Assembly (NCBI GenBank): GCA_963666835.2
Contig: CAXXGO010000006.1
Location: 2,336,001 to 2,400,000 of the forward strand
Direction of reading: 5' to 3'
Origin: Phycisphaerae bacterium
GTDB taxonomy: Bacteria > Planctomycetota > Phycisphaerae > UBA1845
Length of the DNA stretch: 64,000 nucleotides
Position 1 is the first letter of the stretch; every line of letters starts with the position of its first letter. Shown piece by piece: positions 1 through 9,662 of the stretch. The translations under genes and the position numbers were made by a program. The notes under the pieces were generated by a model, which searched no databases, had not been told where the DNA came from, and saw nothing but the letters and a program-made list of their open reading frames with translations.

Positions 1-276
1 TCGCGCGGGTTGCTGTCCATCTCCGGCGATCCGGTATTGACCGATATCTGCAGGTGGCCGGCTGCGATTCCCCAGTATGGGCTCGGTTACCTCGACAAGA
101 TTGCGCGGCTTAATGCGGTGGTCGCTGCCCAACCGAACTTGTATCTGATTGGCAACTACATGGAAGGCGTGTCCCTGAATGATTGTGTTCGTTGTGCCAC
201 GCGCGCGGCAAACGAGCTCATTCGCACGACGGAGCCGATGTACGCATCGTCGTCCCGGGCACTGGCGGCATCGTAG
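1..276 (+). CDS. hemY: Protoporphyrinogen/coproporphyrinogen oxidase, C-terminal part (runs off window start)
   Basis: RWPAAIPQYGLG...LYLIGNYMEGVSLNDCV matches the HemY C-terminal motif; adjacent to hemB. Confidence 0.85.
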   Translation, partial: SRGLLSISGDPVLTDICRWPAAIPQYGLGYLDKIARLNAVVAAQPNLYLIGNYMEGVSLNDCVRCATRAANELIRTTEPMYASSSRALAAS

Positions 277-286
277 GGCGAACATC

Positions 287-1309
287 ATGGATGGATCACA
301 AGAGTGGTTGCCGCCGGTTCGGCGGCCCCGCCGACTTCGCCGCAGCGAGACGATCCGCCGCCTGGTGCGTGAGACGCGCCTGACGCCGGATCGGTTGATT
401 CTCCCGCAGTTCGTGATCGAAGGTACGGACCGCACCGAGCCGATCGCAGCCATGCCGGGGCGAGCCCGGCTTACGATTGACCGAACTCTGGCTGAGTGTG
501 AAGAGGCCGCAATGCTCGGCGTTCGGTCGTTTGCTCTTTTTCCGGCGACCGATCCGGCGCTGAAGACCCCCGAGGCTAAGGAGGCACTCAATCTGGACAA
601 CTTGCTTTGTCGGGCGGTGCGGGCGTTGAAGGAGGCGATGCCGGAAAGCTGCGTGATTACCGACATCGCCCTGGATCCCTATTCAAGCCTCGGGCACGAT
701 GGTCTGATCAAAGATGGTGTGGTGGTCAACGATGAGACCGTAGAGGTCCTGGCCAAGATGGCCGTGGTGCAAGCTGGCGCCGGGGCGGACCTCGTAGCCC
801 CGTCGGATATGATGGACGGGCGCGTGGATGCCATCAGAACGGCACTTGATGAGGCGGGTCATCAGGATGTCGGAATCCTCAGTTACACCGCCAAGTACGC
901 ATCCAGCTTCTACGGCCCGTTTCGAGAGGCTCTGGACTCGGCTCCGGTTGACGCGCCGGACGTACCCAAGGACAAGAAGACCTACCAAATGGACCCGGCC
1001 AACGCCCGCGAAGCGCTGATCGAAGCTGCGCTCGACGAGGCGGAGGGGGCCGATGTTCTGATGGTCAAGCCGGCACTGCCCTATCTCGACATCATTGCTC
1101 GGCTCCGGGCGGTCACCGAGATGCCGATCGCGGCCTACCACGTCAGCGGCGAGTATGCGATGATCAAGGCCGCGGCCGAGCACGGGTGGTTGGATGAGCG
1201 AGCCTGCATGACGGAATCGCTGATGGCGATTGCCCGGGCGGGGGCGGACATGATTCTCACTTATGCCGCTTTGAGCTACGCCCGCTGGTGGCGCGATTCG
1301 TGGGCTTGA
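287..1309 (+). CDS. hemB: Delta-aminolevulinic acid dehydratase (porphobilinogen synthase), Asp-rich non-Zn type
   Basis: RPRRLR, DIALDPYSSLGHDG, APSDMMDGRV, SYTAKYASSFYGPFREA, MVKP, AYHVSGEYAM; ATG at 287. Confidence 0.97.
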   Translation: MDGSQEWLPPVRRPRRLRRSETIRRLVRETRLTPDRLILPQFVIEGTDRTEPIAAMPGRARLTIDRTLAECEEAAMLGVRSFALFPATDPALKTPEAKEALNLDNLLCRAVRALKEAMPESCVITDIALDPYSSLGHDGLIKDGVVVNDETVEVLAKMAVVQAGAGADLVAPSDMMDGRVDAIRTALDEAGHQDVGILSYTAKYASSFYGPFREALDSAPVDAPDVPKDKKTYQMDPANAREALIEAALDEAEGADVLMVKPALPYLDIIARLRAVTEMPIAAYHVSGEYAMIKAAAEHGWLDERACMTESLMAIARAGADMILTYAALSYARWWRDSWA

Positions 1310-1950
1310 TCGGCGATTGCGGCTGCCAGCGATTCGAAGCTTCGCTGCGGGGCTTCGACCCACGGCTCAATGCCCAGTTTCCGCAGGGCCGCACTGGTCG
1401 GCGGTCCGATGCTGGCGAAGGGTAGGTCGACCCTGCCGATGGCTTCGACCGCCGACGCGCTGGCTACTGCTGCCACGTCGACGCGATCGGTGATGCTCCG
1501 ATCGAAGGATCTAGCAACGGTTTCGTAGAGCACCGGGCTGACCAAGTTGACCCCGGCCCACGCCCGCGGAGGCGGCACCCGTGCCGATCGGGGATAACAG
1601 ACCGTTCCATGTGTTGCGATTGCCTTGAGTTCCGCAAACAGACTCTCCCCGGTCCCCTCGCGGCTGACCAGCTCGACCCGAAACCCCCGATCCTTGGCCG
1701 CCCTCCGAGAGGGCTCTGCAACCACGGCCAATCGCGGCACCCGAGCGGGCGCCGCTGCCACGGCCGCGATAGCGTAGGGGCTCGTCAATACGAGCCAATC
1801 ATCCGGACCGAGTCTGCTAATGGCCTCGGCGGCATCGTCGAGCACGCGGCGAGAAAGGACCGGCTCAAGAACGGCTTCCAGCCCGCAAGCCCGCAGGGCG
1901 GATGTCAGGGGCCCGTTATTGGCTTCGTCGCGTGTTACCCAGACTTTCAC
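1276..1950 (-). CDS. hemD: Uroporphyrinogen-III synthase
   Basis: VWVTR, LVLTSPYAI, LYET, ASASAV, ASIGPPTSAAL; downstream of hemC; 3' end overlaps hemB by 34 bp. Confidence 0.88.
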   Translation of the reverse strand: MKVWVTRDEANNGPLTSALRACGLEAVLEPVLSRRVLDDAAEAISRLGPDDWLVLTSPYAIAAVAAAPARVPRLAVVAEPSRRAAKDRGFRVELVSREGTGESLFAELKAIATHGTVCYPRSARVPPPRAWAGVNLVSPVLYETVARSFDRSITDRVDVAAVASASAVEAIGRVDLPFASIGPPTSAALRKLGIEPWVEAPQRSFESLAAAIADQAHESRHQRA

Positions 1951-2837
1951 GAGGTTTCCTTCAGCTCACTGAGCAGCCGTTCGGCCAGGCGTCGGCCCAC
2001 CGCCGGAGCGTCGTCGCCGGTCTCCACCCCCTCTGCCAAGCGGTTTCCGTCGTCGCTAAAAAGCTGGGCATGTAAGGAAACGCCGCGGGAGTCTATCGTC
2101 GCCAGAGATCCTACGGGGACATGGCAACCGGCGTTGATTCCGCCCAGGAAGCTCCGCTCCGCTGCCACTGTGCGCCGGGACGGCTCATCGTCAAGAGCCG
2201 CGAGCAGCTCGACCGCGCGGTCCCCGTCGCGAGCCTGGATAGCCAAGGCACCCTGGGCCGGCGCGGGAACGAACCGGTCCGTCGGCAGATCGACTACGTT
2301 CGGCGGGTTGAGACCCAGGCGCCTGACCCCGGCGGCAGCGAGCACCACCCCGTCGAGCCCTTCCCGTTCCATCTTGGCAATACGGGTCGGCACGTTGCCG
2401 CGAATCGGCACGGTCTCCACGTCGCCCAAACGTCTGAACTGGGCGATACGGCGGGGGCTGCTCGTGCCCAGCCGAAAACCGGCTCGCAGGTTGTCTAGAT
2501 CCACCGGCTCCGCAGTAACCAGAATGTCGTGTACGACCTCGCGCGCTGGCACGGCCGCAATCACCAAGCCGGGCGTTTCTGCGGTTTGAAGATCCTTATA
2601 ACTATGAACCGCGAAGTCGATCTGATCACCCGCCAGCGCTTGCTCGATTGCCCCGACGAACCCCCCGACCGGCCAGTCGGCGTCGAACAACTGCTGGGTG
2701 GCGGTGTCCCCGTGGGTCTTGATGATTACTTCTTCGATGGTGAGCGAAGGATGCGCTTCGCGCAGCCGATCACACACCCAGCGCGTCTGCCAGATTGCCA
2801 GGTCGCTTCCCCGAGTACCCACCCGCAACGTGGTCAC
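1947..2837 (-). CDS. hemC: Hydroxymethylbilane synthase (porphobilinogen deaminase)
   Basis: GTRGSDLA, VHSYKD, GTSSPRR, IRGNVPTR, PAPAQGAL, AGCHVPVG (cofactor Cys). Confidence 0.96.
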   Translation of the reverse strand: MTTLRVGTRGSDLAIWQTRWVCDRLREAHPSLTIEEVIIKTHGDTATQQLFDADWPVGGFVGAIEQALAGDQIDFAVHSYKDLQTAETPGLVIAAVPAREVVHDILVTAEPVDLDNLRAGFRLGTSSPRRIAQFRRLGDVETVPIRGNVPTRIAKMEREGLDGVVLAAAGVRRLGLNPPNVVDLPTDRFVPAPAQGALAIQARDGDRAVELLAALDDEPSRRTVAAERSFLGGINAGCHVPVGSLATIDSRGVSLHAQLFSDDGNRLAEGVETGDDAPAVGRRLAERLLSELKETS

Positions 2838-4132
2838 GACGCGATACTCCTGAACGACTCTTCCGCCGCAGCGATGATCTGAGCGATCGACTCGTCATCA
2901 TGGGCCGATGAAACGAACATCGCCTCATACCCCGACGGCGGTAGCCACACTCCTCGATCCAGCATGGCGTGAAAGAGCTTCGCGTAGAGGTCGTGATTGC
3001 AGGCCTGCGCGTCGTCAAAGTTGTCCACGCGCTTGTTAGACAACGCCAGGCCGAACATCCCGCCGCAGTAACCGGTTTGCACCGGAACCCCCGACACCGA
3101 GCGCAACCCGTCCGTTAGGCGACGGACCTTCGCAGTCAAAGACTCATAGAATCCCTCGCCGTGGCAAATTCGCAGCGTGGCGGCACCGGCGGCCATGCCG
3201 ATCGGGTTCCCGCTCAGAGTGCCGGCCTGGTACATCGGCCCTAACGGGCTGACCTTCTCCATAAGGCTCTTCGGACCGCCGTATGCGGCCACGGGCATCC
3301 CGCCGCCGATGACCTTGCCAAGGCACGTCAGGTCGGGGCGAACTCCGCATATATTCTGGTAACCGCCCCACGCAGTGCGAAAACCGGTCATGACCTCGTC
3401 GAAGACCAGCAGGCTCCCGTGTTTGTCACAGAGGGAACGCAGGCCCTCGAGGAAGCCCGCCATCGGTAGAACGAGCCCCATGTTGCCTGCGATCGGCTCC
3501 ACCAGGATGGCCGCGATGTCGTCGGCGTGGGCGGCCATGAGCTGCTCGACGACTTCGAGGTTATTGTATGGGGCGAGCATTGTGGACTCGGCTATCCCCG
3601 CCGGTACTCCGGCCGAATCGGGGACGCCGAACGTGGCCGCCCCGGAGCCCGCCGCCACCAGTAGAGAGTCGACGTGTCCGTGGTAGCAGCCGAGGAACTT
3701 GACCACGCGCGTCCGCTTGGTCGCTGCCCGGGCCAGGCGGATTGCGCTCATGGTCGCTTCGGTGCCGCTGTTCACGAATCGAACGAGATCTACTGAGGCA
3801 AACGCCCCGGCAATTATCTCGGCCAGCTCGGCCTCGGCCGGGCAGCAGGCTCCGAAGCTGAGCCCCTTACCGGCGGCGACGCGAACGGCGTCGACGACTT
3901 CGGGGTGAGCGTGACCGACAATGGCCGGGCCCCACGTACCCACCAGATCCACATAACGGTTGCCGTCGACATCGAAGATGTACGGTCCTTCCGCCCGTTC
4001 GACGAAGACCGGCTTGCCGCCTACGGCTCGAAACGCCCGGACGGGGCTGTTCACCCCGCCCACCAAGGTCGCACATGCCCGGTCAAAGAGCGCGGCCGAG
4101 CGGCCCCGCGACGACTTTGTTTCTACGCTCAT
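2834..4132 (-). CDS. hemL: Glutamate-1-semialdehyde 2,1-aminomutase
   Basis: GGVNSPVRAF, FVNSGTEATMSA, FDEVMTGFR, LGKVIGGG, QAGTLSGNP; ATG at 4132 with AGGAGG upstream. Confidence 0.97.
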   Translation of the reverse strand: MSVETKSSRGRSAALFDRACATLVGGVNSPVRAFRAVGGKPVFVERAEGPYIFDVDGNRYVDLVGTWGPAIVGHAHPEVVDAVRVAAGKGLSFGACCPAEAELAEIIAGAFASVDLVRFVNSGTEATMSAIRLARAATKRTRVVKFLGCYHGHVDSLLVAAGSGAATFGVPDSAGVPAGIAESTMLAPYNNLEVVEQLMAAHADDIAAILVEPIAGNMGLVLPMAGFLEGLRSLCDKHGSLLVFDEVMTGFRTAWGGYQNICGVRPDLTCLGKVIGGGMPVAAYGGPKSLMEKVSPLGPMYQAGTLSGNPIGMAAGAATLRICHGEGFYESLTAKVRRLTDGLRSVSGVPVQTGYCGGMFGLALSNKRVDNFDDAQACNHDLYAKLFHAMLDRGVWLPPSGYEAMFVSSAHDDESIAQIIAAAEESFRSIAS

Positions 4133-4210
4133 TATGGTCCTATACCTCCTGTTGCTTGCCGGACCCATTACAACACGGCCGCAGGCACTTGTCACGGTTA
4201 CCGGCCGGCA

Positions 4211-4288
4211 GTAACGCAAGCTTCCAGCCTGCCACCCTGTAACACAGGCTTCCAGCCTGCCTTCCTGTAGCGAAGGCTTCCAGCCTGC
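4211..4288 (+). repeat. Three tandem 22-bp REP-like palindromes (consensus GTARCGCAGGCTTCCAGCCTGC), 28-bp period
   Basis: Copies at 4211, 4239 and 4267; stem GCAGGCT-tcc-AGCCTGC with a 5' GTAA/GTAG tetranucleotide. Confidence 0.9.
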
Positions 4289-4323
4289 CGCCAGGGCAAG
4301 GCGGAGGATCAGTGGCCACGGTC

Positions 4324-4379
4324 CGGGCACCATCCACACCGTGCCCCGTCCCTGCACTGCTCAAGAGCAGTGGCACGCC
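4324..4379 (-). repeat. ~55-bp dispersed repeat (family 3), homologous to 8021-8075 in opposite orientation
   Basis: Reverse complement ggcgtgccactgctcttgagcagtgcagggacggggcacggtgtggatgg aligns with ggtgggccactgcgtttgagcaattgaagggcggggcacggtgtggatag. Confidence 0.75.
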
Positions 4380-4422
4380 CGCCGCATCAGTTTCTCGGCC
4401 GATTAACGCCCGCCGACAGACG

Positions 4423-4450
4423 TTGACCGATCGTATCGAAACCGTATATT
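4423..4450 (+). promoter_or_regulatory. Putative sigma-70 promoter of tRNA-Met
   Basis: TTGACC-16bp-TATATT, 18 bp upstream of the tRNA. Confidence 0.6.
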
Positions 4451-4468
4451 CAATCTTGGGAGTACTAA

Positions 4469-4543
4469 GGCGGCGTAGCTCAGATTGGTTAGAGCGTGGG
4501 ATTCATAACCCCAAGGTCCCCGGTTCGATCCCGGGCGCCGCTA
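4469..4543 (+). tRNA. tRNA with CAT anticodon, probably elongator tRNA-Met; CCA not encoded
   Basis: GGCGGCG/CGCCGCT acceptor stem, TAGCTCAG D-arm, TTCATAA anticodon loop, GGTTCGATCCC T-arm. Confidence 0.93.
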
Positions 4544-4552
4544 TTCCGGAAG

Positions 4553-4590
4553 AACCGCATTGGCGCTAGCGCTAAGGCGGTTTTTTGTTT
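4553..4590 (+). terminator. Rho-independent terminator after the tRNA
   Basis: AACCGC..TTGGCGC / GCGCTAA..GCGGTT stem followed by a T run. Confidence 0.7.
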
Positions 4591-4752
4591 GCCCAGGGCG
4601 TGGACGCGGGCAGGGATGCCGATCAGCCGCGGAACGAAGTCCAGGTCGCTACGTCGAAATCACCGTGCGACAGACCGTGGCTGTGGCGAATCGGTTACCA
4701 TTCGAAACTCGGAGTATTGCCGTCGGTAGGGCATGACTGGAGGAACGAGCCC

Positions 4753-5835
4753 GTGGCAGAGCCTTGCCCGAGGTCCTTTTCGAAGGTGGCGATCGTCGGT
4801 GCGACCGGTGCGGTTGGCCGGGAGCTCGTCGATATTCTCGGGCAGCGCCGGTGGCGGTCGAGAGACTATGTTCTATTGGCGTCGGCGCGTAGCGCGGGCC
4901 GGAAGCTGAGCTTGCTCGGGGCCGAACTGACAGTGCAGGAATTGGGCGAGAGTTCTTTCGCCGGGGTGGATCTCGCTCTGTTCTCGGCCGGTGGCGGAGC
5001 GAGCCGGCGTTTTGTGCCGATTGCGGTGAATGCCGGAGCGGTGGTGGTAGACAACTCCTCCGCGTTTCGTATGGATCCGCACGTCCCGCTGGTGGTCCCG
5101 GAGATCAACCCCGGCGATGTGACCGGTCACCAGGGGATCATCGCTAACCCGAACTGCTCGACGATAATCATGGCGACCGTGGTTGGACCGTTGCACCGGG
5201 CTAACCGGGTCAGCCGGATAGTCGTCAGTACATACCAATCAGCCAGCGGCGCCGGTCAACGCGCTATGGAAGAACTGAAAGCGCAGACCCGCGATGTGCT
5301 CGACGGCAAGCCGGTCCGCCCCGAGGTTCTGCCGGTTCGCAGCGCGTTCAACGTCTTTTCGCACAACTCACCGATTGACGAATCCGGGTACAACACGGAA
5401 GAACGCAAGATGGCTGCGGAGACCCGCAAGATCTTCCACGATGAGACTATCCAGATAACGGCTACGTGCATCCGTGTTCCCGTCCTGCGTGCCCACAGTG
5501 AGTCGGTTAACCTCACGTTTGAGGAACCGATCACTCCGGCCGAAGTCCGTGAGATTCTGCGACATGCTCCCGGGGCGCGCGTGGTGGACCAGGTAGACCC
5601 GCAGCACTTTCCGATGCCGATCGAGGCTGACGGCGGAGACGACGTTCTGGTAGGTCGCATCCGCCAGGACATGTCCCAGCCCGACGGTCGAGGCATAGAC
5701 CTGTTCCTCAGTGGCGACCAGCTCCGCAAAGGTGCGGCGTTGAACGCCATTCAGATTGCGGAGTTGCTGGCAGGATCGCACGCTTCCAGCCCGCCCCAAG
5801 TAACGCAGGCTTCCAGCCTGCCGGACGGGCGGTGA
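4753..5835 (+). CDS. asd: Aspartate-semialdehyde dehydrogenase
   Basis: VGATGAVG, DNSSAFRM, IANPNCST, TYQSASGAG, RVPVLRAHS, DQLRKGAALNA; GTG at 4753 after GGAGG. Confidence 0.97.
   Translation: MAEPCPRSFSKVAIVGATGAVGRELVDILGQRRWRSRDYVLLASARSAGRKLSLLGAELTVQELGESSFAGVDLALFSAGGGASRRFVPIAVNAGAVVVDNSSAFRMDPHVPLVVPEINPGDVTGHQGIIANPNCSTIIMATVVGPLHRANRVSRIVVSTYQSASGAGQRAMEELKAQTRDVLDGKPVRPEVLPVRSAFNVFSHNSPIDESGYNTEERKMAAETRKIFHDETIQITATCIRVPVLRAHSESVNLTFEEPITPAEVREILRHAPGARVVDQVDPQHFPMPIEADGGDDVLVGRIRQDMSQPDGRGIDLFLSGDQLRKGAALNAIQIAELLAGSHASSPPQVTQASSLPDGR
5773..5821 (+). repeat. Two GTAR REP copies (one degenerate) inside the asd 3' end
   Basis: gtaacgcaggcttccagcctgc at 5800; degenerate ggatcgcacgcttccagcccgc at 5773. 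Confidence 0.85.
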
Positions 5836-5948
5836 ACTAACGATGTTTTTGACGATGCAGACAAGATGTCTGCGTTACGACTGCGAGGAAGAGCCTGATC
5901 GGCCTTTGGGGAGATGGTACCAAGGCATCGGTGTTTGCCGTGACCAGG

Positions 5949-6737
5949 TCACTCGGCGACGAATCTCAGCCCGTCATAGGCCAGCGACATTCGTTCCGGC
6001 AGATTCTCTTCGGTGGCTTCGTGCCCGAGATGGTGGGTGATGTGTGTGAAATACGTGTGCTCCGCGCCGATTCGGTGGGCCATCTCCACGGCTTCGTCCA
6101 AACTGAAATGAGCCGGGTGAGGCCTGGGCAGCGGGGCGTCCAACATCAGGACCGCGAGATCTTCCAGCAGTCTCAGCGAATCGTCCGGGATTTCGTTGCA
6201 GTCAGTGCAGAAAGCAAACCGACCGAAACGGAAGCCCAGGATCGGCAGCGGGCCGTGCATCAGTGGGATCGGGGTGATGGTTGCATCGCCGATGGTCAGG
6301 GGCTTGGAATCGATCGGAAACAGTTGCAGCTCGGGTCTGCTGTGCGGTGAATCGGGGGCGGGCTTGAACGCGTAGGAGAACATCCGGGCCAGACTATCTA
6401 AGGTCCGCTGATTGCCGTAGCAGGGGATCGGTCCCCTCATCAGCCAGTTGAAACGCCGCAGATCGTCGATGCCGGCCACGTGGTCGGCGTGATGGTGGGT
6501 GAACAGCACGGCGTCAACTGCGTCGATGTCGTTGCTAATACATTGCAGACGCAGTTCCGGCGAGACATCTACGAGCAGGTGCGTGTTCGCGATGCGTACC
6601 CAGATGCTTGTGCGGGTCCGCCGGTCACGCGGGTCGCTTGATGTGCAAACCGCGCATCGGCAGCCGATCATCGGCACGCCATACGACGTTCCGGACCCCA
6701 GTACGGCTACTTCAACAGGGGGCGTGCTGGGGTTCAT
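5949..6737 (-). CDS. MBL-fold metallohydrolase (PhnP/YycJ-like phosphodiesterase)
   Basis: LGSGTSYGVP, CxCxxC, THHHADHVAGIDDLR, CTD, THITH. Confidence 0.92.
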   Translation of the reverse strand: MNPSTPPVEVAVLGSGTSYGVPMIGCRCAVCTSSDPRDRRTRTSIWVRIANTHLLVDVSPELRLQCISNDIDAVDAVLFTHHHADHVAGIDDLRRFNWLMRGPIPCYGNQRTLDSLARMFSYAFKPAPDSPHSRPELQLFPIDSKPLTIGDATITPIPLMHGPLPILGFRFGRFAFCTDCNEIPDDSLRLLEDLAVLMLDAPLPRPHPAHFSLDEAVEMAHRIGAEHTYFTHITHHLGHEATEENLPERMSLAYDGLRFVAE

Positions 6738-6896
6738 GGTGACTTCCGTGTATCGGTCGCTGGCAACCGCGCGAAAGCGATCATACATCTAACCACTGGG
6801 CGACGCCACCGCAACTCGCAAGGGGCGTGGTGCGTTGACCGGGCGTAAACGCCGTGCTACGGTCGCCTTGCGACGTGGATTACTGCAACGGGGACC

Positions 6897-7970
6897 GTGG
6901 GCACCCCGAGGGAGAGTATCGTGTTACGACTAAACGCCTCTCTGCTGTTGGCGGTCTGTATGGGATGCTCGTCGCCGGGACCAACCGGCAACACCTCGAT
7001 GGGACACGCGTGGCGGGAGCAGGTTCGTAGTGAATCTCGACCGGATGGTGCGACAGCCGAAACCGAACCTGTGGGGGAAGGGGGTGCGTCGCAAACGGTG
7101 CGGCCTGTTCCGGTTGCCACGGTCAATGGCAGGCCGATCGCGCGTGATCGTCTTGTAGATCTGACTCTGCGGGCATGTGGGGCGAGAGTGCTGGAGCAGC
7201 TTGCCGTGCTCGAGTTGGCAGAGCAGTTGGCCGCAGAGCAGGGGATTACGGTAACGTCTGCCGACGATGATCGAGAGTACGAGACGTCCTTGCGTCTGTT
7301 GGTGGATCCGCTGTCGAGCGTTACACCGGAACGGTTCGATCGTGATGAGGCCGAGCGGGTGCTAGCTGCCGTCCTCGCTCGGCGGAGTGTGTCGCACGAG
7401 GAGTTTCGCTTAGGGGTGCGGTTGAATGCCTGCCTGCGCCGGATCGCCGAATCTGAGCTTACGATCACCGAGGATCAACTTGCAGACGAGTTCGACCGAC
7501 GATACGGCCGGAAGGCGAGAGTGCGGCACATTCAGTTGCCCACTCCGGGGGCTGCGGAGCGCTCTGCAGAGCGGCTGACGAATGGGGAGGAGTTCAGCAC
7601 CGTCGCGGCGCGTGAAAGCGCTAACGAAGCCAGTGCGTCCGTGGGCGGGTTGCTGGAGCCGTTTTCCGCCGGTGATGAGGGCGTTCCCGTACTGATGCGC
7701 GAGGTGGCCTTCGGCCTCGAACCTGGGGAGGTGTCGGATCCGATACGTTTGGGCGACTGGTACCATCTGGTCCAGTTGGTCGAGTTCATTCCGCCGCAGC
7801 CGGTGGATCGGGATCTAATCCGTGATGACCTGGAGCGAGGCGTTAAACTCCGCTTAGCGGAGCCGGTTATGCAGGACTTGTACACAGCTATTTGGGAGCA
7901 GGCTGATCTTCGGATCTACGATCCAGTTGTGCGTGAGCTGTTCGAGGGAAAACGCCAGCAGAACGAGTAA
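6897..7970 (+). CDS. Parvulin/PpiC-type peptidyl-prolyl isomerase, PrsA/SurA-like lipoprotein (start uncertain)
   Basis: Lipobox-like LLLAVCMGC, VATVNG, VRHI, FSTVAARES, GGLL, GEVSDPIR..WYHLV. Confidence 0.82.
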   Translation: MGTPRESIVLRLNASLLLAVCMGCSSPGPTGNTSMGHAWREQVRSESRPDGATAETEPVGEGGASQTVRPVPVATVNGRPIARDRLVDLTLRACGARVLEQLAVLELAEQLAAEQGITVTSADDDREYETSLRLLVDPLSSVTPERFDRDEAERVLAAVLARRSVSHEEFRLGVRLNACLRRIAESELTITEDQLADEFDRRYGRKARVRHIQLPTPGAAERSAERLTNGEEFSTVAARESANEASASVGGLLEPFSAGDEGVPVLMREVAFGLEPGEVSDPIRLGDWYHLVQLVEFIPPQPVDRDLIRDDLERGVKLRLAEPVMQDLYTAIWEQADLRIYDPVVRELFEGKRQQNE

Positions 7971-8015
7971 CGCAGGCTTCCAGCCTGCCCCACGTAGCGC
8001 GGGCTTCCAGCCTGC
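7967..8015 (+). repeat. Two tandem GTAR REP copies; the first supplies the PPIase TAA stop
   Basis: Copies at 7967 and 7994. Confidence 0.9.
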
Positions 8016-8020
8016 CCGCC

Positions 8021-8075
8021 GGTGGGCCACTGCGTTTGAGCAATTGAAGGGCGGGGCACGGTGTGGATAGAACCC
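8021..8075 (+). repeat. Family-3 ~55-bp repeat, second copy
   Basis: Homologous to the reverse complement of 4324-4379. Confidence 0.7.
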
Positions 8076-8385
8076 GAGTCTGCACGTGTGGCAAAGCACC
8101 AGTGGTGTTTCAAAAAGGTGGCCGCGGTTCCTTTTCATTTGACTGCTAAGCAAGGGCTGGAGAGGTTTTCTCCCCCGTTGTTCGGCAAGTGGCGAAGGAC
8201 CTTGCCGAGGGCCATCCGGGGCTGTGCTGCGGGCCTCATCCGCGGTGCCTAGCGCTGGCGTCGGGGTGGTTCCGGCGTTAAGATATCTTGAGATTCGGTG
8301 TGGTGCCGAGATTGTCTCTCGGCAGGTGTGGCTCGGTGGGTGACACCGGCGGGCGTGCGTTTGTAGGCGTAATGAGGAGGCCGAC

Positions 8386-8994
8386 GTGGCTGGAACGAAT
8401 CGCTATCCGGTAATTCTGATGTTTGGTGGTCCGGGGTCCGGGAAGGGAACGCAGGGCGTGGTCATCGGGCAGATGCCGAACCTGGTGCATCTGGCGATGG
8501 GAGACATCTTCCGCGCAATCGATCCGGATTCGGATATCGGGAAGGAGTTCCTCTCCTACTCGACCAAGGGGCAGCTTGCTCCGGATGAGTTCACCGTGCG
8601 CCTGTTCACGCATCACGTTAGCCAGAAGGTCGAGGCCGGCACCATCGATCCGGAGTATCACACGCTGATTCTCGACGGAATTCCTCGTACGGTTGCCCAG
8701 GTCGAGGCGCTCGCGGACGTTATCGATGTCAAACGAATCATCCACTTGGTAATGGATGATCGCGATGCCCTGATCGCCCGGCTGGCCGCGCGGGCCACCA
8801 AGTCCGGCCGCCCGGATGACGCCGATCGTAGCGTGATCGAGAACCGTATTGAGGTTTACGAGCGCGAGACGCGTCCGGTCCTTGAAGCTTACCCGAAGAA
8901 GCTGATCGCGCGAGTCAATGGCGATCAGCCGCCGCTGGCTGTGCTGCGCGACGTGGCGGACTGCCTGGTTGGAGTAGTCTCTGCGAAGATTTAG
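8386..8994 (+). CDS. adk: Adenylate kinase / NMP kinase (short-LID type)
   Basis: GGPGSGKGTQ P-loop, HLAMGDIFR, ILDGIPRT, GRPDD; GAGGAGG RBS before GTG. Confidence 0.88.
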   Translation: MAGTNRYPVILMFGGPGSGKGTQGVVIGQMPNLVHLAMGDIFRAIDPDSDIGKEFLSYSTKGQLAPDEFTVRLFTHHVSQKVEAGTIDPEYHTLILDGIPRTVAQVEALADVIDVKRIIHLVMDDRDALIARLAARATKSGRPDDADRSVIENRIEVYERETRPVLEAYPKKLIARVNGDQPPLAVLRDVADCLVGVVSAKI

Positions 8995-9063
8995 GAGGAA
9001 CGGCGGCTTCAGCACGCCCGATTGTCGAAGAAGCACGGTTTCAGTTTGCAGGGCCAGATTGCA

Positions 9064-9276
9064 ATGGCTATGGAAGGTACGCAGATACGACTTTGGAAAC
9101 GTGTGACCAAGAGCGGCAAGGTCTACCTGACCGGCTCGATGAGCAAGGTCACGCGACTTGTCGTGGTTATGAACGATCGCAAGAAGGACGGTGACACTCA
9201 GAGTCCCGACTACTTCGCATACATCGTACCGAACCGTGGGACCGGCCACGTCAATACCCAGGTCGATGATCTCTAG
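9064..9276 (+). CDS. Small hypothetical protein, DUF736-like
   Basis: LWKRVTKSGKVYLTGS...N..K....PDY pattern recalls DUF736-like proteins. Confidence 0.5.
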   Translation: MAMEGTQIRLWKRVTKSGKVYLTGSMSKVTRLVVVMNDRKKDGDTQSPDYFAYIVPNRGTGHVNTQVDDL

Positions 9277-9431
9277 CTCTGGTTCCGGAGCAATTTCCGA
9301 GGGGCTCTCTCTTTGCGCTCAGGTTGCGGATCGCGGATTAGCGTTCGGGGCGGTTTCTCGGATCTGCGGCCTATGCGGAAGCCGAGGCGCAACCCTGCGG
9401 GGGGAGGTGCTGGTGAGCGGGGACGCAGCGG

Positions 9432-9662
9432 TCACGCCATGACTGAGAACAACGCCCATAGGCCCACGCCGACTCCGTACATGCCAAGGACGATTGTCAC
9501 CCAGAGCACGATGGCGGCTAAAGGAATGTCACGAAGATCGTCGCACCGCGTCGTTTTGTAAACGACCGCAATGCTCAGGCAAAGGGGGAACATCAGGAGG
9601 GCGTGCTGTCCTCCGGTCATCGCGGTCGTGGCCAAGAGCAGCCCTGCCGTTATCCCACTCAT
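9432..9662 (-). CDS. Small membrane protein
   Basis: Hydrophobic segments; 4-bp overlap with the upstream gene. Confidence 0.65.
   Translation of the reverse strand: MSGITAGLLLATTAMTGGQHALLMFPLCLSIAVVYKTTRCDDLRDIPLAAIVLWVTIVLGMYGVGVGLWALFSVMA

Noticed and set aside
4211..4288. Mini CRISPR array
   Set aside because: Spacers are only ~6 bp, the units are dispersed REP-like palindromes, and there are no cas genes
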